Shown one piece after another: positions 18,557-28,910 of a stretch of DNA of 61,501 nucleotides. This stretch comes from a candidate division WOR-3 bacterium. GTDB taxonomy: Bacteria > Hydrothermota > Hydrothermia > Hydrothermales > Hydrothermaceae. Under the pieces are notes generated by a model. It was not told the DNA's origin, made no database searches, and was given only the letters and a program-made list of their open reading frames with translations. Each line of letters opens with the position of its first letter. Positions within the stretch are counted from its first letter, which is position 1. Position numbers and translations under genes: made by a program. Location of the stretch: NCBI GenBank assembly GCA_965649125.1, contig CBFGJO010000004.1, forward strand, positions 1-61,501, given 5' to 3'.

Positions 18557-18909
18557 ATTTCAATAAGTGAGAGAACAGCCTCTTCTGCTCCGTCTCCTAT
18601 TCTCCTTCCAAGTTTTAATATCCTTGTATAACCAGAATTTCTATTTTTAAATTTAGGTGCTATCTCCTTAAATAGTTTTTCTGAAATTTTTTTATCCTGT
18701 AAAATTTTAAAAACATATCTTCTACTTTTTTGTGTATCTTCCTTTGCAATTGTTATTAATTTTTCTGCAAGTTTCCTTGCTTCCTTTGCCTTTGGAAGGG
18801 TAGTTTTAATCCTTCCATGTTTGAAAAAAGAAATTGTAAGGTTTCTTAATAGTGCCTTCCTATGAGCTCTTGTTCTCCCGAGCTTTTTTAACTTCTTTTT
18901 GTGCCTCAT
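18553..18909 (-). CDS. rplQ: 50S ribosomal protein L17
   Basis: MRHKK..KKLGR..AHRKALLRN, IKTTLPKAKE, GYTRILKLG.R.GDGA. Confidence 0.98.
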   Translation of the reverse strand: MRHKKKLKKLGRTRAHRKALLRNLTISFFKHGRIKTTLPKAKEARKLAEKLITIAKEDTQKSRRYVFKILQDKKISEKLFKEIAPKFKNRNSGYTRILKLGRRIGDGAEEAVLSLIEI

Positions 18910-19912
18910 CTAATTCCTCCTGTGTTATATATTCACTTATATCCATTTCAAAATTAAGTCCAAAGTTTTGTAATTTTTCTTTTATCTCATCCATTGCTTT
19001 TTTACCGAGGTTTTTAATTGCACTTATTTCTTCTTCTTTTCTTTGAACAAGTGCACCAACTGTATAAATCTTAGCAGTTGCAAGGTTCGTTATTGTTCTT
19101 GGTGGTAAATCAAGTATCTCAAGATCACTTAAAAGAAGCATCTTCATATCTTCTTTTTCTTTCTTAATCTTTTCCCTTGTTTTTTCAACTAAAACTTTCT
19201 TTTCTTTTTTCAGGGCCATTTTTTCAAAATGTTTTAAAATAATTTCCTTTGCTTCCATAAGTGCATTCAAAGGGGTTATTGAACCGTCAGTTTCAATTTC
19301 AAGGATAAGTTTTTCATAATCTGTTCTATGTTCAATTCTTATGTTTTCAACGATAAAATTTACTTTTCTTACAGGTGAGAAATCTGCATCAATGAATATT
19401 GTATCATGAGGAAATAGCCTTTTATCTATGTAACTTGTTTTAAGTTCTTCTAAAGGGACATAACCTTTCCCATTTGTTATCCATACTTCCATTGCTATTT
19501 TTGAATTCTTTGATGTTAATGTTGCAATCTTTTGCTGGGGTGTAAGAATTTCTACAGTGCTCGGAGCCCTAAATTCTTTTGCAAAGATTTCCATTTCTCC
19601 TGCTGCGGTAAGAGGAATATTTACATAAGGAGAATCACCATTATATTTAACCCTTACCTTTTTCAAATTAAGAATAATAATAGGAATATCTTCAAGCACT
19701 CCCTTTATTGAAGAAAATTCATGAGATACACCATCTATTCTAACTGCAAATATAGCAGAACCCTGTATACTTGAAAGCAAGACCCTTCTTAAAGTGTTGC
19801 CTATTGTGATTCCAAATCCTCTTTCAAGAGGAGAAAATAAAAATTTACCATAATTTTTCTTTTCTTCAATTATTTCAATACCATCTGGCATTAAAATTTC
19901 TTTTTTATCCAT
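18860..19912 (-). CDS. rpoA: RNA polymerase alpha subunit
   Basis: PLERGFGITIGNTLRRVLLSS, HEFS, DADFSPV, ETDGSI, alpha-CTD with NLGKK. Confidence 0.97.
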   Translation of the reverse strand: MDKKEILMPDGIEIIEEKKNYGKFLFSPLERGFGITIGNTLRRVLLSSIQGSAIFAVRIDGVSHEFSSIKGVLEDIPIIILNLKKVRVKYNGDSPYVNIPLTAAGEMEIFAKEFRAPSTVEILTPQQKIATLTSKNSKIAMEVWITNGKGYVPLEELKTSYIDKRLFPHDTIFIDADFSPVRKVNFIVENIRIEHRTDYEKLILEIETDGSITPLNALMEAKEIILKHFEKMALKKEKKVLVEKTREKIKKEKEDMKMLLLSDLEILDLPPRTITNLATAKIYTVGALVQRKEEEISAIKNLGKKAMDEIKEKLQNFGLNFEMDISEYITQEELDEAQKEVKKARENKSS

Positions 19913-19933
19913 TTTTAACCCCTTTTGAAAATT

Positions 19934-20563
19934 TTATTTAGAATAGAGCTCAACAATTAAACTTTCCTTTATTGGATGTGAAACATCCTCTCTTGAAGGA
20001 AGCCTTAAAACTTTTCCTTCAAAATTTTCTTTATTAAGGGATAGCCATTTTGGCACATCTTCTGGTGCTTTTCTATCAAAACTTTCTCTTACAAATACAT
20101 TATTTCTCATCTTTTCTTTTATAGTGATCACATCTCCTTCTGATACTAAGTAAGAAGGAATATTTATTTTTCTTCCATTAACAAGTACATGGCCATGGGC
20201 TACAAGTTCTCTTGCTCCTCTCCTTGATAAGGCAAATCCAAGATGATATACAACATTATCAAGCCTTCTCTCAAGTAAGGATAATAGATTCTCCCCTGTA
20301 TTACCCGGCATTTTTCTTGCCATCTCAAAAAATCTTCTAAATTGGGTTTCACTAACACTATAAATTCTTTTTGCTTTCTGCTTTTCCCTTAACTGTAATC
20401 CATAAATTGATAGTTTTCTTTTTGCTGTTGGCCCATGAAAACCTGGTGGATATTTTCTTCTTTCAAAAGCACATTTATCAGTAAAACATCTATCGCTTTT
20501 TAAGAATAATTTTTCACCTTCTCTTCTGCATAACCTACATACAGGACCTGTATATCTTCCCAT
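19934..20563 (-). CDS. rpsD: 30S ribosomal protein S4 (Cys-containing type)
   Basis: [37 protein letters not shown]. Confidence 0.98.
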   Translation of the reverse strand: MGRYTGPVCRLCRREGEKLFLKSDRCFTDKCAFERRKYPPGFHGPTAKRKLSIYGLQLREKQKAKRIYSVSETQFRRFFEMARKMPGNTGENLLSLLERRLDNVVYHLGFALSRRGARELVAHGHVLVNGRKINIPSYLVSEGDVITIKEKMRNNVFVRESFDRKAPEDVPKWLSLNKENFEGKVLRLPSREDVSHPIKESLIVELYSK

Positions 20564-20955
20564 TACACCCTCCTTCTTTTTGGTGGTCTACATCCATTAT
20601 GGGGGATAGGTGTTATATCTCTTATGGCTATCACTTTTAATCCGGCTGCATGTATTGTCCTTATTGCTGCTTCCCTTCCCTGGCCAGGTCCTTTAACTCT
20701 TATTTCAACTTCCTTTATTCCTATTTCCAGTGCTTTCTTTACTGCTGCTTCTGCAGCCTTTGACGCAGCATAAGGTGTTCCCTTTCTTGTTCCTTTGAAT
20801 CCTACAGAACCACAAGATGCCCAGGTAAGTGTATTTCCTTTTCTGTCTGTAATTGTAACTATTGTATTATTGAAAGTTGATTGGATATAAGCAATCCCAA
20901 AAGGATCCGTAATTTTCTTTTTTTCTTTCTTTTTGCGCACTACCTTCTTTGCCAT
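20563..20955 (-). CDS. rpsK: 30S ribosomal protein S11
   Basis: [40 protein letters not shown]. Confidence 0.98.
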   Translation of the reverse strand: MAKKVVRKKKEKKKITDPFGIAYIQSTFNNTIVTITDRKGNTLTWASCGSVGFKGTRKGTPYAASKAAEAAVKKALEIGIKEVEIRVKGPGQGREAAIRTIHAAGLKVIAIRDITPIPHNGCRPPKRRRV

Positions 20956-21338
20956 TATCCTTCTCCTTTTTTCTGTTTCAATCTTCTAAATATATTACCT
21001 CTTGGTCCTTTTCTTGTTCTTGCATTATGTCTTGTCCTTTGTCCTCTTACAGGTAAACCCATCTTATGCCTCAAACCACGATAAGAGCCTATTTCAATAA
21101 GCCTTTTTATATTTTTTTGAATTTCTGCTCTTAAAGCACCTTCCACTTTTAACTTATCAACTTCACTTTGAAGTTTACTCACTTCTTCAGTGGTTAGATC
21201 TTTTACTTTTTTATCAGGGTCAATATTTGCAACTCTCAAAATTTTTTTTGATGTGGAAAGTCCTATTCCATAGATGTAAGTTAACGCAATTTCAATCCTT
21301 TTATTTTTTGGTAAATCAACTCCTGCAATTCTCGCCAT
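20955..21338 (-). CDS. rpsM: 30S ribosomal protein S13
   Basis: [37 protein letters not shown]. Confidence 0.98.
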   Translation of the reverse strand: MARIAGVDLPKNKRIEIALTYIYGIGLSTSKKILRVANIDPDKKVKDLTTEEVSKLQSEVDKLKVEGALRAEIQKNIKRLIEIGSYRGLRHKMGLPVRGQRTRHNARTRKGPRGNIFRRLKQKKGEG

Positions 21339-21340
21339 TT

Positions 21341-21454
21341 TTAACCCTGCCTTTGTTTATGCTTTGGATTTTCACAAATCACAAATATTTTACCCTTTCT
21401 TTTTATAATTTTACATTTCACGCACCTTTTCTTAACAGATGATTTTACCTTCAT
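21341..21454 (-). CDS. rpmJ: 50S ribosomal protein L36 (Zn-ribbon type)
   Basis: [37 protein letters not shown] with AGGAGG RBS; it is the 3' part of track ORF 21341..21706. Confidence 0.97.
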   Translation of the reverse strand: MKVKSSVKKRCVKCKIIKRKGKIFVICENPKHKQRQG

Positions 21455-21461
21455 ATTCCTC

Positions 21462-22469
21462 CTAAAATCTATATCCAAATGAAAACCTGTAATTGTCTGT
21501 TTCAAAAGAATATATGTTTGAGTCAACTCCCACATCAAATATGAATGATTTAAATATGAGTCCTCCTCCAAATGTCCATCCAACTCTTTGTCCTGCTCTA
21601 TCCTCAAAATATCCAACTCTTGCCGAGATAAAATCATAATATGTATATTCCAGACCAATATTTTTCCAGGTATCTTTCCATACTTCTTTAACTCCATAAT
21701 CTGCAAGATCTTTGTCTAACTTCACAATTACCTTTGTAATCTCAGCAGCAAAGAGTATCTTATGATCTTTATTATAAATTGGTCTATAAGAAAAGCCTGT
21801 TTTTAAAGTATAAGGAATTGGATCTGTCTCTCCGCCTCTTTTTGTGAACTTTACCGGGGGTCCTATATGAAGTAAAGATATACCGTAATTAAGTCCTTCT
21901 TTTGCAAAATCAAATTTATAAAGCAAGCCAGTATCAAAGGCATATGATAAGGCAGCACCACCACCACCTGTTTCAGGGAAATACATTCTCACGAGCCAAT
22001 CAGGTGCAAGAAAACTATACACTATTTTAGCTGTAAATCCAATTCCCAATTTTTCCCATAAGTTTATGGCATAAGAGCCACCTATTGCAAAATCAAAATT
22101 TCTAAACCTTGCTATTGTAGTTCCATCTTCAAGTTGTGCTTCTGTTTCCCCTGTTGTTAGATATATCCCATGAATTCCTATATTTCCATAAGGAGGTAAA
22201 GGTCTTATAAATCCCAGGAATTCATAATACATATCAGGCCAAAGTCCTGTAAGCCAATTAGAATGTTGAAGCGAAACTTCATTCTTTTCAAAGAAAGCTA
22301 TTCCTCCTGGATTATAGTAAAGTGCTGTTGCATCTTCTGCTACTGAAGCAAATGCTCCTCCCATTCCCACTGCTCTTGCTCCGGGATAAATTGTTAAAAA
22401 TACAAGGGTTGCATCGTTTGTTGATGCACATAAGATTCCACTAACTATTACACATACTATTTTTTTCAT
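21462..22469 (-). CDS. porV: PorV/FadL-like outer-membrane beta-barrel (T9SS shuttle family)
   Basis: Signal peptide, [16 protein letters not shown]...[11 protein letters not shown] motif, alternating beta-strands, terminal FSFGYRF. Confidence 0.75.
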   Translation of the reverse strand: MKKIVCVIVSGILCASTNDATLVFLTIYPGARAVGMGGAFASVAEDATALYYNPGGIAFFEKNEVSLQHSNWLTGLWPDMYYEFLGFIRPLPPYGNIGIHGIYLTTGETEAQLEDGTTIARFRNFDFAIGGSYAINLWEKLGIGFTAKIVYSFLAPDWLVRMYFPETGGGGAALSYAFDTGLLYKFDFAKEGLNYGISLLHIGPPVKFTKRGGETDPIPYTLKTGFSYRPIYNKDHKILFAAEITKVIVKLDKDLADYGVKEVWKDTWKNIGLEYTYYDFISARVGYFEDRAGQRVGWTFGGGLIFKSFIFDVGVDSNIYSFETDNYRFSFGYRF

Positions 22470-22499
22470 ATTTTCACCTTCTTAATTTTTAAGTCTTTA

Positions 22500-22529
22500 A
22501 TTATAATTTAATTTTAGTTTGAAAGTCAA
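22500..22529 (-). promoter_or_regulatory. Putative sigma70 promoter for the porV-rpmJ...rplQ operon
   Basis: TTGACT-18 nt-TATAAT on the minus strand in the divergent intergenic region. Confidence 0.55.
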
Positions 22530-22555
22530 GTAAAATATGCTTTATAATTTTAAAA

Positions 22556-23830
22556 ATGAAAGTACTTATTATAGGAAGTGGTGGAAGGGAAGATGCACTT
22601 TCTTACTGGTTTTATAAATTTGGACATGAAGTTATAGGTTTGCCGGGAAATCCAGGTATTGAAAAAATTGGAAAAACTTATAATTTTTCACCAGGTGATT
22701 TTGAAAAGATAGAAGAAGTCGCAATAAAAGAGAAAGTGGATGTAATATTGCCTGGTCCAGAAGAGCCGATTGTGAAAGGTATTAAAGATAGAATTAAAAA
22801 TTTTTTTATATTCTCTCCTTATTCCAAAGAGGCGCTTCTTGAAGGAAGTAAAGCATTTGCTAAGGAATTTATGAGTGAAAATGGTGTCCCTACCGCAAGA
22901 TATGAGATATTTGATGAGCCAGAAATGGCTTATAAATATATAGAAAAGATAAAAAGACCCTGTGTTGTGAAAGCATCGGGGCTTGCACAGGGGAAAGGAA
23001 GTATTGTATGTAAAGATAAGGAGGAAGCAAAAGAAGCAGTGAGAAAAATTATGGAAGAAAGGATATTTGGTGATTCTGGAAATGCTATAGTAATAGAGGA
23101 TTTTTTAAAGGGAATAGAGTGTTCTATAATAGCACTTGTTGCAGGAGATGAATACTCTTTGCTTCTCCCTTCACAGGATCATAAACCTGTTTATGATAAT
23201 GATCAGGGCCCAAATACAGGCGGGATGGGTGCCTATGCGCCTTTACCATTTTTAACAAATGAACTTGCAGAAAAGATTGAAAACGAGGTGATTAAAAGAA
23301 CAATAAAAGGACTTATAAGAAAAAATTTTGATTATCAGGGTGTAATATATGCTGGTCTTATGATAACAAAAGAAGGAGTTTTTGTTCTTGAATATAATGT
23401 GAGATTTGGGGATCCTGAGACACAACCACTTGTTTATCTTATTGATACAGACCCTGAAGTTATAATTGAAAAAACAAAGGAGTTTAAACTTGGTTCTTTA
23501 AAATTAAAGTGGCATAAGGGTTACGCTTTATGTGTTGTTCTGGCTTCTCATGGATATCCCGGGAAATATGAAAAGGGAAAAGAAATAAAAGGACTTGAAG
23601 AATGCGAAAAAATGGAAAATTTATATGTTTTTCATGCTGGCACAAAAAAAGAAAATAATAAATTCTTTACAAATGGTGGAAGAGTTCTTGGAGTTTTAGG
23701 ATTTGGGAAGGATTTAAAAGATGCAAAGGATAGAGCATATGAAGGAGTTAATAAAATTTATTTTGAAGGAATGCATTATAGAAAGGATATAGGAGATAAA
23801 GGATTTAAATCTTTGGAGGAACTTTTATGA
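22556..23830 (+). CDS. purD: Phosphoribosylamine-glycine ligase
   Basis: GSGGRE, LEGSKAFAK, KASGLAQGKG, QDHK...GPNTGGMGAY, EYNVRFGDPE, NGGRVL. Confidence 0.97.
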   Translation: MKVLIIGSGGREDALSYWFYKFGHEVIGLPGNPGIEKIGKTYNFSPGDFEKIEEVAIKEKVDVILPGPEEPIVKGIKDRIKNFFIFSPYSKEALLEGSKAFAKEFMSENGVPTARYEIFDEPEMAYKYIEKIKRPCVVKASGLAQGKGSIVCKDKEEAKEAVRKIMEERIFGDSGNAIVIEDFLKGIECSIIALVAGDEYSLLLPSQDHKPVYDNDQGPNTGGMGAYAPLPFLTNELAEKIENEVIKRTIKGLIRKNFDYQGVIYAGLMITKEGVFVLEYNVRFGDPETQPLVYLIDTDPEVIIEKTKEFKLGSLKLKWHKGYALCVVLASHGYPGKYEKGKEIKGLEECEKMENLYVFHAGTKKENNKFFTNGGRVLGVLGFGKDLKDAKDRAYEGVNKIYFEGMHYRKDIGDKGFKSLEELL

Positions 23831-24225
23831 AAATACTTGAAGTTAATACAAGTAAAAGAGAAGAACTTGTGGATATAACTCAGAAAGTTATGGAAATTTT
23901 AAAAAAGGAGAATTGGAAAAATGGCGTGCTTTTCTTTTATGTTCCCCATACAACAGCAGGAATAACAATAAATGAAAATTATGATCCTTCAGTAGGTGAA
24001 GATGTTTCTGATAGTTTAAGAAAGATTTTCCCACCTGGTAAAATTTATAAACATACAGAAGGAAATGCTGATGCTCATATAAAGTCCGTAGTTGTAGGAA
24101 ATACTTCCTTTATATTTTTAAAAGATGGTGAACCTCTCTTTGGAACATGGCAGGGAATATTTTTATGTGAATTTGATGGTCCAAGAAAAAGGAAAATTTA
24201 TTTAAAATTTTTTGAAGAAAAATAA
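23827..24225 (+). CDS. YjbQ/UPF0047 family protein
   Basis: PHTTAGITINEN.DP, H.EGNADAHIK, GTWQGIF..EFDGPR. Confidence 0.92.
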   Translation: MKILEVNTSKREELVDITQKVMEILKKENWKNGVLFFYVPHTTAGITINENYDPSVGEDVSDSLRKIFPPGKIYKHTEGNADAHIKSVVVGNTSFIFLKDGEPLFGTWQGIFLCEFDGPRKRKIYLKFFEEK

Positions 24226-24234
24226 GGGGGAAAA

Positions 24235-24570
24235 ATGGAGGAAATAAAAAAGGAACATATAGAAGAGGGAAAATCTATTGCATGGCTTTCTTATCTTTTG
24301 ATATTGGTTCTTATTCCCCTTATGATCCAAAGAGAAAATCCTTATACAAAATTTCATATAAAACAGGGACTTGTTTTGCTTGTCGCATGGATTATCCTTT
24401 ATATAATTGGTCTAATTTTTAATTTTGTTCCAGTTTTAAAAATTTTAGTCTGGCTCTGTGTATGGGGGGTTACTCTCTACTTTATAGTTTTTGGAATAAC
24501 AAATTCTTTGAATGGCAAACTTAATAAATTACCTCTAATAGGTGATTTTGCAGATAGATTTGAAATTTAA
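24235..24570 (+). CDS. DUF4870-like membrane protein
   Basis: A.LSY...IPL, FH.KQGL, 3 TM helices, LPLIG. Confidence 0.75.
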   Translation: MEEIKKEHIEEGKSIAWLSYLLILVLIPLMIQRENPYTKFHIKQGLVLLVAWIILYIIGLIFNFVPVLKILVWLCVWGVTLYFIVFGITNSLNGKLNKLPLIGDFADRFEI

Positions 24571-25573
24571 TAAATTTTCTATTTCATTCATTCTTTTGTT
24601 ACTTATTTTTTATATTTATGGTTTTTTATACCATTCCTTTCCCCCAAATGAAAAAAGGGGTCCTTTTCCTTTTAGAGTTAGAAAAGGAGAAGGAGTTATT
24701 CGGATTTCAAAAAATTTAAAGGATTCTGGTATAATCAAAAACGATGTCTTATGGACACTGATTGCCATTTTAACAAGGGAGGAGAATAAAATTTTAGAAG
24801 GTCTTTATTTTTTGAATAAAAATATGAATGAACTTTTGTGTTTTAAATCAATAAGATATGGGTTTTCTTTAGTTCCTTATGTGAAGATTACGATTCCAGA
24901 GGGTTATAATTTAAAACAGATCTCAAAAATCATTTCAGGAAATCTTGATATTCCTTATGATTCTGTTTATTCCTTTTTTATATCTCCTGAAAAAATAAAA
25001 CCAATATTTGAGAAATTCAATTTAACTCCCCAAAATACCTTAGAGGGTTATATTTTCCCTGATACATATATCTTCCCTTCAGGTGCAAGTCTTTATGAGA
25101 TAGGTATAAGGGGGGTTGAAAATTTACTCAAAGTTTTAAAGGAAATTGGTTATGATACACTCCATAAAAAAATGGACTTGCATAAACTATTAATTTTAGC
25201 ATCAATTGTGGAAAAGGAAGCAGTTTTTGATTTTGAGAGACCTTGGATTGCAGGAGTATTTTTAAATAGACTAAAAATCGGGCTACCTCTCCAGGCTGAT
25301 CCAACCATAAAGTATATAATTGAAGAGGAGAAGGGCAGGTTATCCTTAAAAGACCTTTTAATTGATTCACCATACAACACTTATAAATATAAAGGTTTGC
25401 CACCAACTCCTATTTGTTCACCAGGAAGATCTTCAATAAAAGCGAGTGTGTATCCTGCATCTACAGATTATCTCTATTTTGTTTCAAAAGGTGACGGAAC
25501 CCATCATTTTTCAAAAAGTTTTGAAGAACATAGAGGTAAAAAGGCTATTTATAAGAAGATTTGGGATTTTTAA
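24560..25573 (+). CDS. mltG: Endolytic transglycosylase MltG
   Basis: TIPEG, LEGYIFPDTY, LASIVEKE, NRL..G.PLQADPT, SPYNTY...GLPPTPI, LYFVS; start uncertain (24542 or 24560). Confidence 0.93.
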   Translation: MKFNKFSISFILLLLIFYIYGFLYHSFPPNEKRGPFPFRVRKGEGVIRISKNLKDSGIIKNDVLWTLIAILTREENKILEGLYFLNKNMNELLCFKSIRYGFSLVPYVKITIPEGYNLKQISKIISGNLDIPYDSVYSFFISPEKIKPIFEKFNLTPQNTLEGYIFPDTYIFPSGASLYEIGIRGVENLLKVLKEIGYDTLHKKMDLHKLLILASIVEKEAVFDFERPWIAGVFLNRLKIGLPLQADPTIKYIIEEEKGRLSLKDLLIDSPYNTYKYKGLPPTPICSPGRSSIKASVYPASTDYLYFVSKGDGTHHFSKSFEEHRGKKAIYKKIWDF

Positions 25574-25576
25574 AAA

Positions 25577-25660
25577 GGGCGCGTGGCGGAATGGTAGACG
25601 CGGTGGGTTCAGGACTCACTGGGATAAATTCCCATGGAGGTTCAAGTCCTCTCGCGCCCA
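25577..25660 (+). tRNA. tRNA-Leu (CAG), CCA not encoded
   Basis: Acceptor GGGCGCG/CGCGCCC plus A, D-loop GGAATGGTAGAC, anticodon arm GTGGG-TTCAGGA-CTCAC, long variable arm, T-loop TTCAAGT. Confidence 0.95.
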
Positions 25661-25670
25661 TTTATAAAGA

Positions 25671-26747
25671 ATGAGCATTTCTAAGGAATCTTTAATTTCT
25701 AAAATTGCAGGATTCTTTATTTCTCTTGAGACCAAAGAAGTTTTAAAAAGAATTACAAAAATCTTAGAAGAAATTTTCAATGCAGAAAGAGTTTCAATTT
25801 TCAGGAAAAAAGAGGATAAAAATTATTTAGAGTTTTATATTTTTTCAAAAGGTGAAGACGAGCTCAAGAAGATAAAGATAGACCTCTTCAAAGGCGTTGT
25901 GGGATGGGTGTATAAGAATAACAGACCATTGATTGTAAATAATGTTAGTAAAAGCAAAATATTTTACAAAGGGGTTGATGAAATAACGGGATTTAAAACA
26001 AATTCAATTCTTGCTTTTCCTTTAAGACTCAAAAAGAGAAAATATGGGGTTATTGAGGTAATTAACAAAAAGGAGGGTGAATTTAAAAAAAGAGATTTGA
26101 AAATTTGTGAATTAATATCGCCATTTGTTGCAATTACTCTTGAAAATGCTACACTTTTTGAAAAGATTGAAGATATGTTTTTTGGAGTGATAAGGTCTTT
26201 TGCAAAGGCTGTAGAAGCAAAAGATCCCTATACTTCAGGCCATGTTGAAAGGGTTGAAAATATTTCTTATCTTCTTTCAAAAAAAGTGGGACTGAAAGGT
26301 AAGGATTTAAAAAATGCAAGAATTGCCGGAATTTTGCATGACATAGGTAAGATTGGAATCCCTGATGAAATCCTTAAAAAACCTGAAAGACTTTCAAAAG
26401 AAGAATATGAAATAATAAAAAAACATGTCCTTTATGCAAAAGAAATTCTTGAGCCGATAAGCGAGATGAAGGATATTATTCCTGCAATTTATTATCATCA
26501 TGAAAGATATGATGGAAAAGGGTATCCTGAAGGTAAAAAAGGGGAAGAGATTCCTCTTCTTGCAAGAATAATAAGTATAGTTGATGCCTTTGATGCAATG
26601 GCTTCTGATAGACCTTATAGAAAAGCACTAACTGCAGAAAAAATATTAAGGGAATTTAAAAGAAATAAAGGAAAGCAATTTGATCCATATCTTGTTGATA
26701 ATTTCTTATCATTAAGGGAAGTTCAGGACATTTTAAAAAATCTTTAA
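25671..26747 (+). CDS. GAF + HD-GYP cyclic dinucleotide phosphodiesterase
   Basis: GAF with NKK..F..D motif; KDPYTSGH, LHDIGK, HHERYDGKGYP, DAFDAM..RPYR. Confidence 0.92.
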   Translation: MSISKESLISKIAGFFISLETKEVLKRITKILEEIFNAERVSIFRKKEDKNYLEFYIFSKGEDELKKIKIDLFKGVVGWVYKNNRPLIVNNVSKSKIFYKGVDEITGFKTNSILAFPLRLKKRKYGVIEVINKKEGEFKKRDLKICELISPFVAITLENATLFEKIEDMFFGVIRSFAKAVEAKDPYTSGHVERVENISYLLSKKVGLKGKDLKNARIAGILHDIGKIGIPDEILKKPERLSKEEYEIIKKHVLYAKEILEPISEMKDIIPAIYYHHERYDGKGYPEGKKGEEIPLLARIISIVDAFDAMASDRPYRKALTAEKILREFKRNKGKQFDPYLVDNFLSLREVQDILKNL

Positions 26748-26809
26748 AATTGATTAATTTTACTTTTTACCTTAATAATAATAATTCTTAAAATTTAAAA
26801 GGAGGAGAT

Positions 26810-27265
26810 ATGAAAATTGCGCCAATTGAGATAAGGAATGCTGAATTCCCAAAGGTTTTCAGGGGATTTGACCCTGAAAGGGTGACAAGTTTTCTTGAAA
26901 TGGTAGCAGATGAATTAGAGGAAATTATAAAGGAAAACATTTCTCTCTCGGAAAGAATCAAGGATCTGGAAGTGAAAGTAGAGGATTATAGACGTATGGA
27001 AAACATAATGAAAGAGGCGCTTCTTACTGCACAAAGAGGAGCAGATGAACTTAAAAGGAATGCTGAAAAAGAGGCAGAACTTATTATAACGAATGCGAAG
27101 ATGGAGGCTGAAAAATTCCTTGAAGAAAAAAGGGAAGAATTGAATAAACTTAAAATTGAAATAGAAGAAATAAAAGCAAGAAAAAAATCGCTTTTGCTTG
27201 AACTTAAAGCAATTATTGAGACTCAAAAAAAATGGGTTGATATGATGCTTGAAAGAGAAGGATGA
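26810..27265 (+). CDS. DivIVA domain protein
   Basis: PIEIRNAEF.K.FRGFD...V..FL N-terminus followed by a coiled coil. Confidence 0.88.
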   Translation: MKIAPIEIRNAEFPKVFRGFDPERVTSFLEMVADELEEIIKENISLSERIKDLEVKVEDYRRMENIMKEALLTAQRGADELKRNAEKEAELIITNAKMEAEKFLEEKREELNKLKIEIEEIKARKKSLLLELKAIIETQKKWVDMMLEREG

Positions 27266-28074
27266 AATTAGAAAGAGTTTTTAAAATAGTAGATTTTCTG
27301 AAAAAAAAGGGAATTGAGAATGTTAAAATAGGTATAATTCTGGGAAGCGGGATTGATGAACTTCTGAAAAGTTTTGAAATTAAAAAAGAGATTGCTTATT
27401 CTGGAATTCCTGAATTTCCAGTTTCAACTGCACCAGGACATGAAGGGAAATTAAAATTTTCACACTTTAAAGAGAAAAATATCCTTTTTTTCTGTGGCAG
27501 ATTCCATTATTATGAGGGGTATGAAATGGATGATATTGTCTTACCTGTATATCTTACAAAATTCCTTAATGGAGAGATTCTCGTTGTAACAAATGCAGCA
27601 GGGGGTTTGAATCCCCTTTTTTCAGAAGGTAATATTATGAGAATAGTTGACCATATAAATTTATTTCCTGAAAATCCACTAAGGGGTAAAAATGATGAAA
27701 AAATAGGGAAAAGGTTTCCCTCAATGATAGATGCTTATGATCCTTATTTAGGAGAAATTTTTGATAGGGTTGCTGAAGAAGAAGGTATTTCTTTAAAAAA
27801 GGGTGTTTATGTTGGCTGGCAGGGACCGAGTCTTGAGACAAAAGCAGAGTATAAATTTTTAAGAATAATCGGGGGTGATGCAGTAGGGATGTCAACAATT
27901 CCGGAGGTAATAGTGGCGAGATATTTAGGATTAAAAGTTCTCGGCATTTCTATAATTACAAATATGGGTATAGGTGATATTATTCCACATTCTCCGGATG
28001 AGATAATCAAAGTTGCAAGAGATTCATCAAAAATTCTGGGAAGATTAATTTTAAAATGGATAGAAAAATTATAA
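27262..28074 (+). CDS. Purine-nucleoside phosphorylase (trimeric type)
   Basis: GIILGSG, GRFHYYEG, TNAAGGLN, DHIN, GP..ET.AE, VGMST.PE. Confidence 0.93.
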   Translation: MKLERVFKIVDFLKKKGIENVKIGIILGSGIDELLKSFEIKKEIAYSGIPEFPVSTAPGHEGKLKFSHFKEKNILFFCGRFHYYEGYEMDDIVLPVYLTKFLNGEILVVTNAAGGLNPLFSEGNIMRIVDHINLFPENPLRGKNDEKIGKRFPSMIDAYDPYLGEIFDRVAEEEGISLKKGVYVGWQGPSLETKAEYKFLRIIGGDAVGMSTIPEVIVARYLGLKVLGISIITNMGIGDIIPHSPDEIIKVARDSSKILGRLILKWIEKL

Positions 28075-28910
28075 GTTTAATTTTTATTATATTTTTAACT
28101 TTCTGTGAAGAAGATAAATTAAAAAAAGCGGAGAGATTTTTAAGGGAAGGGAAAGTGGAGGAGGCTCAATATCTTGTTGAAAATTATTTAAAGAAAAATG
28201 AAACTGATTCAAGGGCATTATTTTTGCTTTCTGAGATTTATTTAGCAAAGGGAGAGTATTATAAGACTTTACAGGTAATAAAGAGGATACCTGATAAAGG
28301 GCTTTATAAGGATAAAATTTTAAATGATGCAAAATATATTTTTGACAAGACAAAGAATTTTGCAAAAGAAATATCTTATGAAGCAGCCGAGATAATCCTT
28401 CTTTTAGAACCGGAGTATTATGATAAGAATCTTTATCTTTATCTTGGCAACATTTATAAAGAAAGGGGGAAATTTCTGGAGGCAGAAAAGGTATTTAAAA
28501 AAATATGGGAAATAGAAAAAGATTATGAAAGTCTTATAAATCTTTTAAATTTACTATATGAAAAAGGAGAATACCTTGAGATTATTATTTTAAGAGAAAA
28601 TATACCACCAAAATATTTAAATGAAGAAGTAAGTTCAATAATTGGAAATTCACTTTTTGAAATCTCAAAAATTTATTATATGGAAAATAAGGTGGATTCT
28701 GCAATTATTTTTATTGATAGATTCCTTGAAATAAAGATTCCTCCTGCAAAACTTGCAGAGGCTTATTATATTAAAGGGGAACTATCACTTTTAAAAGGTG
28801 ATACAATTTCCGCGATCCAAAATTTTTATAATGTTCTTAAAGAAAATCCTGCAAAGGAAACAGGTTTACCCAAGAAAGCAAAAGAAAAAATAAAGGAGAT
28901 TAAAAAATGA
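28056..28910 (+). CDS. TPR-repeat lipoprotein
   Basis: Lipoprotein-like signal ending LTFC, followed by repeated TPR helices. Confidence 0.7.
   Translation: MDRKIISLIFIIFLTFCEEDKLKKAERFLREGKVEEAQYLVENYLKKNETDSRALFLLSEIYLAKGEYYKTLQVIKRIPDKGLYKDKILNDAKYIFDKTKNFAKEISYEAAEIILLLEPEYYDKNLYLYLGNIYKERGKFLEAEKVFKKIWEIEKDYESLINLLNLLYEKGEYLEIIILRENIPPKYLNEEVSSIIGNSLFEISKIYYMENKVDSAIIFIDRFLEIKIPPAKLAEAYYIKGELSLLKGDTISAIQNFYNVLKENPAKETGLPKKAKEKIKEIKK

Noticed and set aside
21341-21706. 121-aa N-terminally extended L36
   Set aside because: The extension overlaps porV in another frame. A clear RBS precedes the canonical MKVKSSV start at 21454.
25446-25667. 73-aa ORF spanning the mltG end
   Set aside because: It overlaps mltG and tRNA-Leu; spurious.
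25577-25680. tRNA-Leu (and tRNA-Asp at 2055) as integration sites for an island
   Set aside because: No integrase and no duplicated tRNA 3' end was noticed in the window.
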